Shown here one piece after another: positions 1 to 8,598 of a stretch of DNA of 64,000 nt. The translations under genes were made by a program, and so were the position numbers. Origin of the DNA: Longimicrobiales bacterium. GTDB lineage: Bacteria; Gemmatimonadota; Gemmatimonadetes; Longimicrobiales; Gaopeijiaceae. The DNA lies in the NCBI GenBank assembly GCA_965238005.1, contig OZ250165.1, positions 2,336,001 to 2,400,000 of the forward strand. The letters are read 5' to 3'. Position 1 is the first letter of the stretch; each line of letters opens with the position of its first letter. Under the pieces are notes generated by a model that was not told the origin of the DNA, did not search any database, and saw only the letters and a list, made by a program, of their open reading frames with translations.

Positions 1-1498
1 CGGATCGGGAGAGCGGAATGGATGCGTTGGGGGGGGCAAGAGAGCTACGAGAGCCCTCGCGCCGGCAGATGCGGGTGAACCCTCGTGCAGTCATGCCGCC
101 TGAAGGGTGTGCAGCCGCTTCACATTGAGTGCCAGGCACACGAGGGTCCACTCGGCCCGGACCTTCTCGAGGCCCCGGAAGCTGAATCGTCGAAAGCCCA
201 TCACTTCCTTGATCCAGCCGATGGGCGCCTCGGCCTGCGACTTTCGCCGTGCGTAGCGTCTGCGGCCATCTTCGCTCGCCAGCTTCTCCGCCATGCGGAC
301 TTTCGCCGGATATTCCTCCTTGTCAACCGTGGGGGCGGCCTTGCCCTCCCGGGCCAGCGCCACATACCCGTCGATGTCTCGCTCTTCCAGTTCCTCGAGA
401 TCCCGCTCGTTGCAATAGCCCGTGTCCGCCAGCACCTGCGCCGGCGTCTCGCCGTACGCTTGCGCCACCGCGTCGACCATGGGCACCAGCTGGCCCTGGT
501 CGCTCGCGTTGTCCGTCACCTCGGCCCCGACCACCAGCTGGTTCTCCCCCTCCACGACCGTCTGTGCGTTGTAGCACTGCTGGAACCCCTCCGAACTCGT
601 CTTCATGATCCGGCTCTCAGGGTCCGTGAAGTTGCTCTGCGCCGCCTCGTCCGGCTCTCCGTACTCCCGCTTGTAGGGCCTGCCGCCCTTCGGGTTGCGC
701 GTCTGCCCCGGCTTGCGGCCCCGTGCGTCGTCCGCCGCTCTCTGCTCGGCTTCCAGGCGCGCCTTCGCCTCCCGGATCGCCGCCAGCCGGTCCTCGCGCC
801 GCTTGAGCTCCTCCGGCACCTCGTCTCCGCATGCTTCCTCGCCGTAGCGCTCGTCTTCCGCTTCGTCCACCGCCTCGGCCCTCTCCAACAGCCCCCGGAT
901 CTCCGCCTCCAGCCGAGGCTCCCCGGTCACCATCCGGCCGTAGCTCATCGCCTTGCGCTTGTTCGCGTTCGCCCGAACCTTCGTCCCGTCCACCGACACC
1001 CTGCCAAGCCCCGCCAGCCCCAAGGCCCGCGCGAGCATCACCACCTCCACAAACACCGCCCGGAAATCCCCGAGATGGCGCTTGCGGAACTCGCACAGCG
1101 TCCGGTGCTTCGGGAAGTTCTCCGCCGCCAGCATCCGAAACGCGACATCCTCCTCCAGCTTCCTCGCCATCTTCCGCGACGAGAAGGTGCCCGTCGCATA
1201 CGCGTAGATCAGCACCTTGACCATCATCCGAGGGTCGTACGGCGAGTTGCGCCGCCCGTCCCCCCGGTACCGCCCGTAGAACGCGCTCAGCTCCACCGCG
1301 TCCACCAGGTCGCTCACATGGTGCGCCAAATGACCCTCCGACACCCACTCCCGAAGATCCGGAGGCAGCAACAACATCTGCTCCGGATCGTACGGTCGAA
1401 ATGTCGTTCCCATTCACCCCCCTCGGTGATCCGCAAGCCTTCCCAATGCCTTCGCTACCACCAAAGATAGCCGCCGCAGGGTTCTGCGGCGCAGACTC
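1..1498 (-). mobile_element. IS1182 element (other end lies outside the window)
   Basis: Transposase plus element end GAGTCTGCGCCGCAGAACCC (minus strand from 1498) abutting CTAG at 1499-1502. Confidence 0.75.
91..1413 (-). CDS. IS1182 family transposase
   Basis: 440-aa ORF with N-terminal 'Y.P.Q..LLPP.L.EW....HLA', 'YDPRMMVKVLIYAY', catalytic 'VDGTKVRANA', 'TDPESRIMK', 'ADTGY', and C-terminal 'EAPIGWIK..MGFRRFSFRGLEKV..EW'. Confidence 0.93.
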   Translation of the reverse strand: MGTTFRPYDPEQMLLLPPDLREWVSEGHLAHHVSDLVDAVELSAFYGRYRGDGRRNSPYDPRMMVKVLIYAYATGTFSSRKMARKLEEDVAFRMLAAENFPKHRTLCEFRKRHLGDFRAVFVEVVMLARALGLAGLGRVSVDGTKVRANANKRKAMSYGRMVTGEPRLEAEIRGLLERAEAVDEAEDERYGEEACGDEVPEELKRREDRLAAIREAKARLEAEQRAADDARGRKPGQTRNPKGGRPYKREYGEPDEAAQSNFTDPESRIMKTSSEGFQQCYNAQTVVEGENQLVVGAEVTDNASDQGQLVPMVDAVAQAYGETPAQVLADTGYCNERDLEELEERDIDGYVALAREGKAAPTVDKEEYPAKVRMAEKLASEDGRRRYARRKSQAEAPIGWIKEVMGFRRFSFRGLEKVRAEWTLVCLALNVKRLHTLQAA

Positions 1499-1535
1499 CT
1501 AGGGTTGCGTTCAGGCGGGTGATGGGATTGGTCAT
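1499..1535 (-). pseudogene. 5' stub of a probable Ser/Thr protein kinase gene interrupted by IS1182
   Basis: ATG at 1535 reads MTNPITRLNATL into the CTAG. This resembles the 'M.DPI.RLNAALEGRY' N-terminus of Pkn2-type kinases. Confidence 0.45.
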
Positions 1536-1714
1536 GCGATGCAAGATGCGCTCAGCAGACTCAGGCCGCTAGCAAACCAGCTCTATTGGGCGGCCAGTAG
1601 GTAGGCCAACGTCCGACCCAGAGGCGTCGTTACCTTGCAGCGTGTCTGAGCCCCAGACATGTTCCACAGACGCCCCACTCCGTAGTCCTCCCCAAAAGAG
1701 CGGAGAGATTTGGA

Positions 1715-1978
1715 ATGATCGGGATTGGCGAGCTGGTGCTGCTCATCTTGGCCTTCCTCTTCGCTGGTGGGGCTATCTCCCGGTTGGCCAGGTGGGCGTT
1801 CTTCCGACGGGCCTCTGGTGCGAAGCAAGTTCTGTGGGTGCTAGCCGATTGGATCAAGAAGCGGAGCGAAGCCCACGCTTTGGACTCGGCGGACATGGAT
1901 ACGCCGTCCGTGTCTGCGAAGAACACCGATACCCCACCTTCCCGTACTGAGGCCAGAGGAAACGAAGAACCACCCTGA
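1715..1978 (+). CDS. small hypothetical membrane protein
   Basis: 87-aa ORF with hydrophobic N-terminal helix and GGAGAG upstream. Confidence 0.35.
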   Translation: MIGIGELVLLILAFLFAGGAISRLARWAFFRRASGAKQVLWVLADWIKKRSEAHALDSADMDTPSVSAKNTDTPPSRTEARGNEEPP

Positions 1979-2299
1979 GCGGGCCGGGAGGCGCAAGCAG
2001 AGCCCTGTCAGACGCCTGTATTTGCGTGTGATGCGTCTTCGGTGTCTGTTCGGTATCCAGGGTAGGCTGGAACGTTCTCAGCGCTTAGAGGGCCGTTATC
2101 GGCTTCGCCCATCTCGAGGAGTGCTATGTCCAGAACCGAGACCGTGTTGCACTTCAAAGTTGATGCTGGGAAGCTCCCGCGGTTGCCGCCCCGGACCACC
2201 TGGCCACCACCCCTCCCGCCAAGGTACAATCACACTTCGATAGCGCGGGCAGGCCCGTGCGCTCAGACAAGCGAAAGGGGCGCGGAGCGATGGTACGCA

Positions 2300-3019
2300 A
2301 TGCCTGAGGTCGACCTCTACGGCCCGATCAAGCGGTTCCTGGAAGCCCAGGGCTACACGGTAAAGGGCGAGATTGGGCCATGCGACGTCGTGGCGGTGCG
2401 AGGGGACGAAGGCCCGGTGGTAGTCGAGTTGAAAGAGCGCCTGAACCTTGCGCTTGTCCTTCAAGCTGTCGACCGGCTCTCGGTATCTGATGCTGTCTAC
2501 ATAGCGTTCCGCATCGGAAAGGGCCACAGCGCCTCATGGCGTTCCCGGAGGAAGCAAGTGACGAGCCTCCTTAGACGCCTCGGCCTGGGCCTTCTCACCG
2601 TCTCCGCGCGGGGAAACGTCGTGCCGGTCTTAGATCCCGCCCCTTACCGACCCAAGTCAAACGCTGGACGCCGCAAGCGCTTGCTCAGGGAGTTCGCCGA
2701 GCGAGTCGGGGATCCGGAGGCTGGGGGCTCCGCCTCCCGTCAACGGCTCACTGCATATCGTCAGGACGCGCTCCGGTGCGCACGAGAATTGGCCGCTGAG
2801 GGCGTCCTCAAGGTCAGCGTTATCCGCGAGCGTGCCGAAGTGCCGCGGGCCGGACCCATTCTGCGAGACAATTACTACGGCTGGTTCGATCGCGTGAAGA
2901 CTGGCCACTACGATCTCTCACCGAAGGGACGACGAGACCTCGCCCAATGGTCGGAGGCGCTCAAGAGCCTGGCGCCTAGACCTGAGGTTGGTCCCCCGCA
3001 CCGTGGCGCCCTCAAATAG
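2300..3019 (+). CDS. DUF2161 family putative PD-(D/E)XK nuclease-like protein
   Basis: Start reassigned to MPEVDLYGPIKRFLEAQGYTVKGEIGPCDVVA. Motifs 'VVVELK', 'TAYRQDALRCA', 'ILRDNYYGWF.RV..G.Y.LS'. Confidence 0.85.
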   Translation: MPEVDLYGPIKRFLEAQGYTVKGEIGPCDVVAVRGDEGPVVVELKERLNLALVLQAVDRLSVSDAVYIAFRIGKGHSASWRSRRKQVTSLLRRLGLGLLTVSARGNVVPVLDPAPYRPKSNAGRRKRLLREFAERVGDPEAGGSASRQRLTAYRQDALRCARELAAEGVLKVSVIRERAEVPRAGPILRDNYYGWFDRVKTGHYDLSPKGRRDLAQWSEALKSLAPRPEVGPPHRGALK

Positions 3020-3049
3020 TAGTCGCCTTGCAGCTCGGGAGCGGGAGCT

Positions 3050-3143
3050 TCCTAACGATTCAGCGTTTCTGCTGCGGGCTACGATGCTAACCGCGATAGC
3101 GCTACGCAAGCTGATGCCGCCAGCAGGCAACTGCGTGTTAGAC
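3050..3143 (+). other. attC-like integron recombination site (solo)
   Basis: CCTAAC (3051-3056) ... GTTAGAC (3137-3143) with imperfectly complementary inner arms CTGCTGCGGGC / GCCGCCAGCAG. Confidence 0.4.
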
Positions 3144-3235
3144 GGTTCTACGGGTACAGCCTACCCTGATCCTTTACACAATGGCCTACACTGATGGTTG
3201 ACAGGTTCCTATCAACCAGGGTTCTGCAACTAGGA

Positions 3236-3741
3236 GAGATGGGTGGTGCTGGTTTTTCGTGGCGGTGGATCACTGCGTCACGGACGTGGTGGGCTGGCAC
3301 GTGGCGAAGAAGGGCGATCGGTGGGCAGCGCTCGAGCCGATCCGCCAGGGCGTACGGACCCACATGGACGACTACGCGCCCAAGATCGCTCTGGGGCTCG
3401 GCCTACGGCACGACTGGGGACCGCAGTACACGGCGCATCAGTTCCAGGGGGAGCTGGCCTGGCTCGGGATCCGCTCGACGGCCTCGTACGTGGGAGAGCC
3501 GGAGTGCAACGGCGTCGCAGAGCGCTTCATGCGGACGCTGAAGGAGGAGTGCTTGTACCTCCACGACTTCAAGAGTCTCGAGGAGGCCAGACAGGAGATC
3601 GACGCGTTTATCGAACGCTACAACCGCGGGTGGCTCCTAGAGCGGCATGGGTATCGGACCCCGGCCCAGGTCCGTCAGGAGCTCACCCTGAAGGCGGCTT
3701 GATTAGGCCGCCGACTTGTCCAGCAAACCGGAACCGGTACA
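3236..3741 (+). mobile_element. IS3-family remnant (3' part of the integrase core plus right end)
   Basis: Frame reads DGWCWFFVAVDHC...LRHDWGPQYTA...NGVAERFMRTLKEE, stop at 3702. Element end ...GGAACCGGTACA at 3741. Confidence 0.85.
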
Positions 3742-4259
3742 GCCGCTTCCTGCCCGAGGCACGCCGTCAGAGGTGTACGGTCCATCTGCAGCGTAATGTG
3801 GGGGCGAGGGTCCCCCACCGCCTACGCAAGCGCGTGGCGCGTGAGGTCTCGGTGATCTTCCAGACATCCGGACTCGCCGAGGCGAAGAAGCTCCTGGGCG
3901 AGTTCGGCGCACGCTGGAAGAAGGAGCTGCCCGAGGCCGTGGAGGTCCTGGAGCGGGGCTTCGGGGCAGCGACGCAGTTCTACGCGTTCCCCGAGGCGCA
4001 CTGGCCCCGGCTGCGTACCACCAACAGCCTCGAGCGGCTGCACGGCGAGATCAAACGCAGGATCAAGGCCGCCGGCGCCTTCCCGGACCGGGCCAGCGCC
4101 CTCAGGCTCATCACGGCCGTCGCACTCAGGACCACACACGTCTGGGGCGACCGGCGTTACCTCGACCTCTCACTCCTCCAGAAACAGGAGGTCGCCCAAG
4201 CAGCCTAGCCGAAGGCGAGGAGCTTCCTCCGCTTTTACACACAAATCGGGACTTGACCC
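3742..4259 (+). mobile_element. IS256-family remnant (3' part of transposase plus right IR)
   Basis: 'QRCTVHLQRN', 'LRTTNSLERLHGEIKRR...GAFPD..SALRL', stop at 4208. IR-like TTTTACACACAAATCGGGACTTGACCC at 4233-4259. Confidence 0.87.
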
Positions 4260-4501
4260 TCGGCATTCTCCACGAGCTTGGTGATGACCCAGTCCTGGCT
4301 CAACTCAGTCCGCTCGGACCGTTCTGCGAGGGCGATCTCAACCTGGGCAGCGATGTTAGCATTTCTTAACAGCCGGTGAGCTGCCACCTCAGCCCCGTTG
4401 GGGCTGTATCCAGCCCTGATAGCAGCCTGTGTACCGTTGAGGTCGATCGGATACTCCTCGGCGAAACGGCGCTGCTTCTCAGTCAACCCACGCCTCTTCA
4501 C
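4260..4501 (-). pseudogene. terS: phage terminase small subunit, 3'-truncated by IS256 end
   Basis: 'LTEKQRRFAEEY..DLNGTQAAIRAGYS...A.RLL.N..I' is the typical Terminase_2 N-terminus. The last ORF residues (GQVPICV) derive from the IS256 IR. Confidence 0.88.
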
Positions 4502-4766
4502 AGGAGCACCCCTTCTACTTGCGATTCAGCGTAAGTCGATGGGTGTCCGAGCTCGATTCCTTCTATCTCGGCGGCCAATCGACAGACTTGTTCGATGGCT
4601 TCGTGTGACTCTTGCCCATCGAGCATGTGCAGATGCTTCCAGATGGAGCGGAGTAGAGCCTCGTCCGCGAAGAACAGAGGCAAGTCAGCGATGACGCATT
4701 CGAGCGACTGGAGTTGACCCGCTTTGGTGGACACCTCAGTAGTGAGGGAGACAGGAGGAGTCCACG

Positions 4767-5081
4767 ATGCCAAGAACACATGCGCCGTACCCGCCGGAGT
4801 TTCGGCGGCAGATGGTCGAGTTGGTCAGGTCGGGCCGCTCCGTGGAGGAGCTGGCCCGGGAGTTCGAGCCCTCAAACGGGGCGATACGGAACTGGGTCAA
4901 ACAAGCTGACTTGGATGAAGGCCGTCGCAGTGACGGGCTGACGACGGAGGAGCGTGGGGAACTCAGGCAGCTTCGGCGTGACAACAAGCGTCTGCGCATG
5001 GAGCAGGAGATTCTAAAAAAAGCCGCCGCCTGGTTTGCTCGGGAGAGCAACTCGATCCCGGAACGGGGTTCGAGTTCATGA
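4767..5081 (+). CDS. IS3 transposase OrfA (HTH)
   Basis: 'YPPEFRRQMVELVRSGRSVEELAREF', 'EILKKAAAWFA'. A7G slippery site at 5015-5022 with AGGAG just upstream. Confidence 0.92.
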   Translation: MPRTHAPYPPEFRRQMVELVRSGRSVEELAREFEPSNGAIRNWVKQADLDEGRRSDGLTTEERGELRQLRRDNKRLRMEQEILKKAAAWFARESNSIPERGSSS

Positions 5082-5929
5082 AGACGAATCAGGCCGACTT
5101 CCCTGTGCGGGCGATGTGCCGTGTGCTGGATCTCTCCCCCAGCGGCTACTACGCCTGGTTGGATCGCGAGCCTTCGGCTCGGGCGAAGCGAGATGAGGAG
5201 CTCACAGAGCGGATCGAGACGGTCTGGCGCGAGAACCGAAGGGTCTATGGCCGGCCCCGCATCTACGCGGACCTCAAGGAAGCTGGCGAGCGGGTCGGTG
5301 AGAAGCGGGTGGGCCGGCTCATGAAGCAGGCCGAGATTGTGGGAGCTAGCCGGAGGCGGCGCGGCCCGAAGACGACCAGGCGCAACGAGGACGCCCGTCC
5401 CGCGCCGGATCTCATCGAGCGGGACTTCAGCGCAGACGGGCCAGACCAGTTGTGGGTGGCCGACATCACCTACATCCCGACCTGGGCGGGGTTCTTGTAC
5501 CTCGCGGTTGTGCTCGACGTCTGGAGCAGGCGGGTGGTCGGGTGGTCGATGGCTACGCACCTGCGCACCGAGCTCGTCCTGGACGCGCTGAACATGGCGA
5601 CCTGGCAGCGCCGGCCCGAATGCGTCATCCATCACAGTGATCAGGGAACCCAGTACACCTCGATCGCCTTCGGCCTACGCTGCAACGATGTCGGTGTGCG
5701 GCCCTCGATGGGCTCCGTGGGCGACGCCTACGACAACGCGATGTGCGAGAGCTTCTTCGCGACGCTCGAGTGCGAGCTACTCGACCGGCAGCGCTTCCGG
5801 ACCCAGGCCGAGGCGAAGATGGCCGTGTTCGACTTCATCGAGGGCTTCTACAACCCCCGGAGGCGACACTCGGCACTGGGTCAGCTGTCGCCCATCAACT
5901 TCGAGCGTCGCCACGGAGCGGCAGCATGA
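5078..5929 (+). CDS. IS3 transposase OrfB (DDE integrase core)
   Basis: 'WVADITYI', 'HHSDQGTQY', 'DNAMCESFFATLECE'. Confidence 0.95.
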   Translation: MKTNQADFPVRAMCRVLDLSPSGYYAWLDREPSARAKRDEELTERIETVWRENRRVYGRPRIYADLKEAGERVGEKRVGRLMKQAEIVGASRRRRGPKTTRRNEDARPAPDLIERDFSADGPDQLWVADITYIPTWAGFLYLAVVLDVWSRRVVGWSMATHLRTELVLDALNMATWQRRPECVIHHSDQGTQYTSIAFGLRCNDVGVRPSMGSVGDAYDNAMCESFFATLECELLDRQRFRTQAEAKMAVFDFIEGFYNPRRRHSALGQLSPINFERRHGAAA

Positions 5930-6285
5930 GAAACCTGCGTGGCCAAGTTGCCCTTTACTCCCCCGCTGCGCGGGGGAAGCTTTCCTCTCCCCAGCGAGGG
6001 GGACAGACTATAAACCTCAGTGTTCACCCGTCCACTGAAACGGGACAGCTCCAGACCTTCCGATGCGCTTCGCCGATTCCCGTATGGCTGGGTGGACCTG
6101 ATCTGGTGAGCCATTCATGCGCGGTGTGGCGAGTGCGAGCATGAACACCGCTTTCCACCCACCACTGCTCCCGTCCGTAGCCTCCGCGAGAACTCGAAGA
6201 AAACAAAATTCCTCGAAACTGATGACCCCGTCTTCCAATGCTTCGTCGAGGTCCACACATATTTCGTCAATACGCTCAGCGACGC

Positions 6286-6798
6286 TCATGCTACTGTTCC
6301 TTCTCTGGCGATCCAGTCCTTCAGCCATTCACTGGCGTGGATGAGCAAGGGTTCATCTGCACCACCCCGACGTATGGTCTCTTCTTCAACGAGTTCCGCT
6401 GCCTCATCACAGAGCGTCGTGATCGCGAAGTACGAGTCTGGGCCGTCAAGCAGTGGTGCGTGTTTCCGCAGTGCTTGGATCACGTCGGGTTGGGTAGCGA
6501 GTGTCTTCGGTAGCTCCTTGAAGTTCTCGGCCAACCCAGCATCCAAGGGTGGCATCAGCGGGATCGTTCCCAGTCTTTTCTCCGATTCTGCAACCCACTT
6601 TGCTATGTGGTCTTCGCTTCGCCTGCACATGGCCATTACGAGCAGCCAAACGAGTGTGATCAGCCGGTCTTCATCTCTCCAGTCGGTATCCAAGGCGACG
6701 GCCTTCAGGAAGTCGCACTGCTCTTCGACGAGTAACCCTATCTCCTCGTAGCGTCGGAGGAGTCCGGTCCAGTCGTCGATGTGGCCTGCGATGGTCAT
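6286..6798 (-). CDS. hypothetical protein (170 aa) of the integrated element
   Basis: Start MTIAG at 6798 overlaps the helicase stop (ATGA). Its stop overlaps the next start. Confidence 0.75.
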   Translation of the reverse strand: MTIAGHIDDWTGLLRRYEEIGLLVEEQCDFLKAVALDTDWRDEDRLITLVWLLVMAMCRRSEDHIAKWVAESEKRLGTIPLMPPLDAGLAENFKELPKTLATQPDVIQALRKHAPLLDGPDSYFAITTLCDEAAELVEEETIRRGGADEPLLIHASEWLKDWIAREGTVA

Positions 6799-7718
6799 GC
6801 GGCTGCCTTCCTCCCGCTGGGCCATTCGTGGAGCTCATCTGGATCAGCCTGTCGAATTTGTAGAGTCTGGTAACTCATCCAGATCGGGAGCGAGCCTGTT
6901 GGGCCGTGCCGATTCTTCCCCAGGATCAGGTACGTCATCGCGCCCTTGCCGTCTGGGGATCTCTGGTAGCGCGAATGATCGAACATGAGGACTTGGTCGG
7001 AATCCGACTCCAAGGGCATCCCGCCGTGAAGTCCCTGAACCGTGGGGCTCTCCTGGTAGTTCTTTGATGTCTCCCTATTGAACTGGCTCAAGCCAACCGT
7101 GATAACGCGGTGCTCCCTGGCGAACCCACGTATCGAACGTGAGATGAGGGCGACTTCCTCGGGTCCAGTCTTGCCGGCGCTGCCCATCAACTGCATGTAG
7201 TCGATGATGAACAACGAGCAGCCCATCGACTTCCATTCGCCCATGACGGCGAGCACGTCGGCCACGTCGTGGAAGGCCTGATCGTTCACCGCGAATGGTT
7301 CGTCGGCATACGAAAGCATCTTCTCGACCGCCGCCTCGGCTTTGGATGGGTCGTAACTCGCCCCGCGCTCGAGGAAGGGCACATGCGTCCCGGTTCGGAT
7401 GGCGAGGTTACGGATCGCGAGTTGCTTGTGGGTCATCTCCAGGCTGACGTAGCCGACTGCGACACCGTGAGCTGCGGCATGGGCGCCGAGGTTGATGGCG
7501 AGAATCGACTTTCCATGACCAGGGTTGCCCGCCAGGGTGATGTGCCAACCCATCGCGATCCCGTCCCCGCCTCCGTCGTCCCTGGACATCACGTTCCACT
7601 GGGGAAGGAATGTCGGAGCGTAGTCGAATCCCGGTCGGAGTTCCTTCGCCTGGTGGGCCAGCAGGAGGTCGAGATACGGCTTCCGGTTGACATCGAACGA
7701 CTCGTAGAACTCGCTCAC
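6795..7718 (-). CDS. DnaB-like replicative helicase (C-terminal RecA-like domain only)
   Basis: Walker A GNPGHGKS, 'SLEM', 'IIDYMQLM', 'LSQFNR', 'ESDSDQV', 'KNRHGPTG'. Confidence 0.92.
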   Translation of the reverse strand: MSEFYESFDVNRKPYLDLLLAHQAKELRPGFDYAPTFLPQWNVMSRDDGGGDGIAMGWHITLAGNPGHGKSILAINLGAHAAAHGVAVGYVSLEMTHKQLAIRNLAIRTGTHVPFLERGASYDPSKAEAAVEKMLSYADEPFAVNDQAFHDVADVLAVMGEWKSMGCSLFIIDYMQLMGSAGKTGPEEVALISRSIRGFAREHRVITVGLSQFNRETSKNYQESPTVQGLHGGMPLESDSDQVLMFDHSRYQRSPDGKGAMTYLILGKNRHGPTGSLPIWMSYQTLQIRQADPDELHEWPSGRKAAA

Positions 7719-8470
7719 ACCATGCTCCGAGTTGTGTCAGCCATAGACGACGTGTCGCGCCGTCCGCCACCGTTCACGCCAGCCAGGTACCACCGCTCGC
7801 GGCGCTCCGCGTTCTTGAAGAGCGACTCGGGCAGCTGATAGGTGCGGACACTCATGTGGTGGTCGGAGGCGAGCACGGCCCGACAGATGGAGCGGAAGCG
7901 GGCCAACGGGTCCAGGTCGTCTTTCAATTGCTCGCGGTAGAGCGTGGCCAGAAGTTTCTTTCGGCTGTCGGTGAGCTTCGGGTGAGGTGGCTTGCCACCG
8001 AGTTCGTCCAACCACACCTGCCAGAGGTCGGCAATCGGTGGAGCCGATTTCGACGTATCTAGTTCTTTAGGCAGTTCTATAGACAGTTCATGTCCAGCAC
8101 CTGGACGGTCAGAGTCCACCTGCTGGACGGTCACCGTCTCTCTCCTGGACGGTCCACCTCCTGGACGGTCCAGGGTCTGGACGGTATAGCGGGTGGGGTT
8201 GGGCGGGTCCGGCTCCCTAGTAATGAAGCCCAAGACGGCGAGCTCACGGAGAGCCTGAATGACGGTCGAGCGAGCAAATCCAGTAGCCGTCGAGATAGTC
8301 TTGTGCGACGGCCAGGCGACGCCCCCGTTGGCGTGGACGATTAGCACGGTGAGCACCGCACGTTGGGGCGACGTAAGCTCATCGAGGAAACCAGCATCGG
8401 ATGGTTTCCACAACATGCGGAACGCATCCAGTGGGGTCTCTGCTCGGTCATTCTTGTCCTTCTTTGCCAT
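7715..8470 (-). CDS. phage-type replication initiator (N-terminal winged HTH, lambda O-like layout)
   Basis: 'AWPSHKTISTATGFARSTVIQALRELAVLGFI' HTH. Lies directly upstream of the helicase and contains internal DNA repeats. Confidence 0.8.
   Translation of the reverse strand: MAKKDKNDRAETPLDAFRMLWKPSDAGFLDELTSPQRAVLTVLIVHANGGVAWPSHKTISTATGFARSTVIQALRELAVLGFITREPDPPNPTRYTVQTLDRPGGGPSRRETVTVQQVDSDRPGAGHELSIELPKELDTSKSAPPIADLWQVWLDELGGKPPHPKLTDSRKKLLATLYREQLKDDLDPLARFRSICRAVLASDHHMSVRTYQLPESLFKNAERRERWYLAGVNGGGRRDTSSMADTTRSMV
8061..8186. repeat. iteron array / putative replication origin inside the initiator gene
   Basis: Five 15-bp units GTCCA-N5-TGGAC at 8092, 8114, 8136 (degenerate), 8152, 8168, adjacent to AT-richer AGTTCT(T/A)TAG repeats at 8061-8089. 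Confidence 0.75.
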
Positions 8471-8598
8471 CGTGCTCCCTCACGAGCTGTGTATGTGCGC
8501 CGGGCTCGATGGTGAGGCATCGAGGGGCCGAAGCCCACCGGCCCAATGGACCGGCCCCGGGTGTATTCAGTCCTTCACAAGCTCTAGGTCAGGTGTCA

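Larger units (their letters stand above)
4709..6053 (+). mobile_element. complete IS3-family element
   Basis: IRL TGGAGTTGACCCGCTTTGGTGGAC, IRR GTCCACTGAAACGGGACAGCTCCA (TG...CA), 3-bp direct repeat GAC at 4706-4708 and 6054-6056. Confidence 0.95.
4498..6289 (-). pseudogene. hypothetical 147-aa gene split by IS3 (paralog of 6286-6798)
   Basis: Removing IS3 plus one GAC copy rejoins ...KRIGRS-LECVIADL... in frame. ATGA/GTGA overlaps with both neighbours. Confidence 0.8.

Noticed and set aside
85..1470. 461-aa plus-strand ORF
   Set aside because: Antisense shadow of the IS1182 transposase. Long shadow ORFs are common at this GC content, and the same applies to 35437-37371, 37362-39119 and 60978-62489.
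2084..2102. 'LEGRYR' kinase-like N-terminal motif
   Set aside because: Only six residues with no continuing kinase sequence, too short to call.
3243..4208. 321-aa ORF as one transposase
   Set aside because: Chimera of an off-frame IS3 remnant and an IS256 C-terminus.
1..4260. Second att copy (duplicated tRNA-Cys 3' end)
   Set aside because: No convincing match to AGAGGCGCCGCCCGGATTCGAACC found by eye. AGAGGCGTCG at ~1620 is too short.
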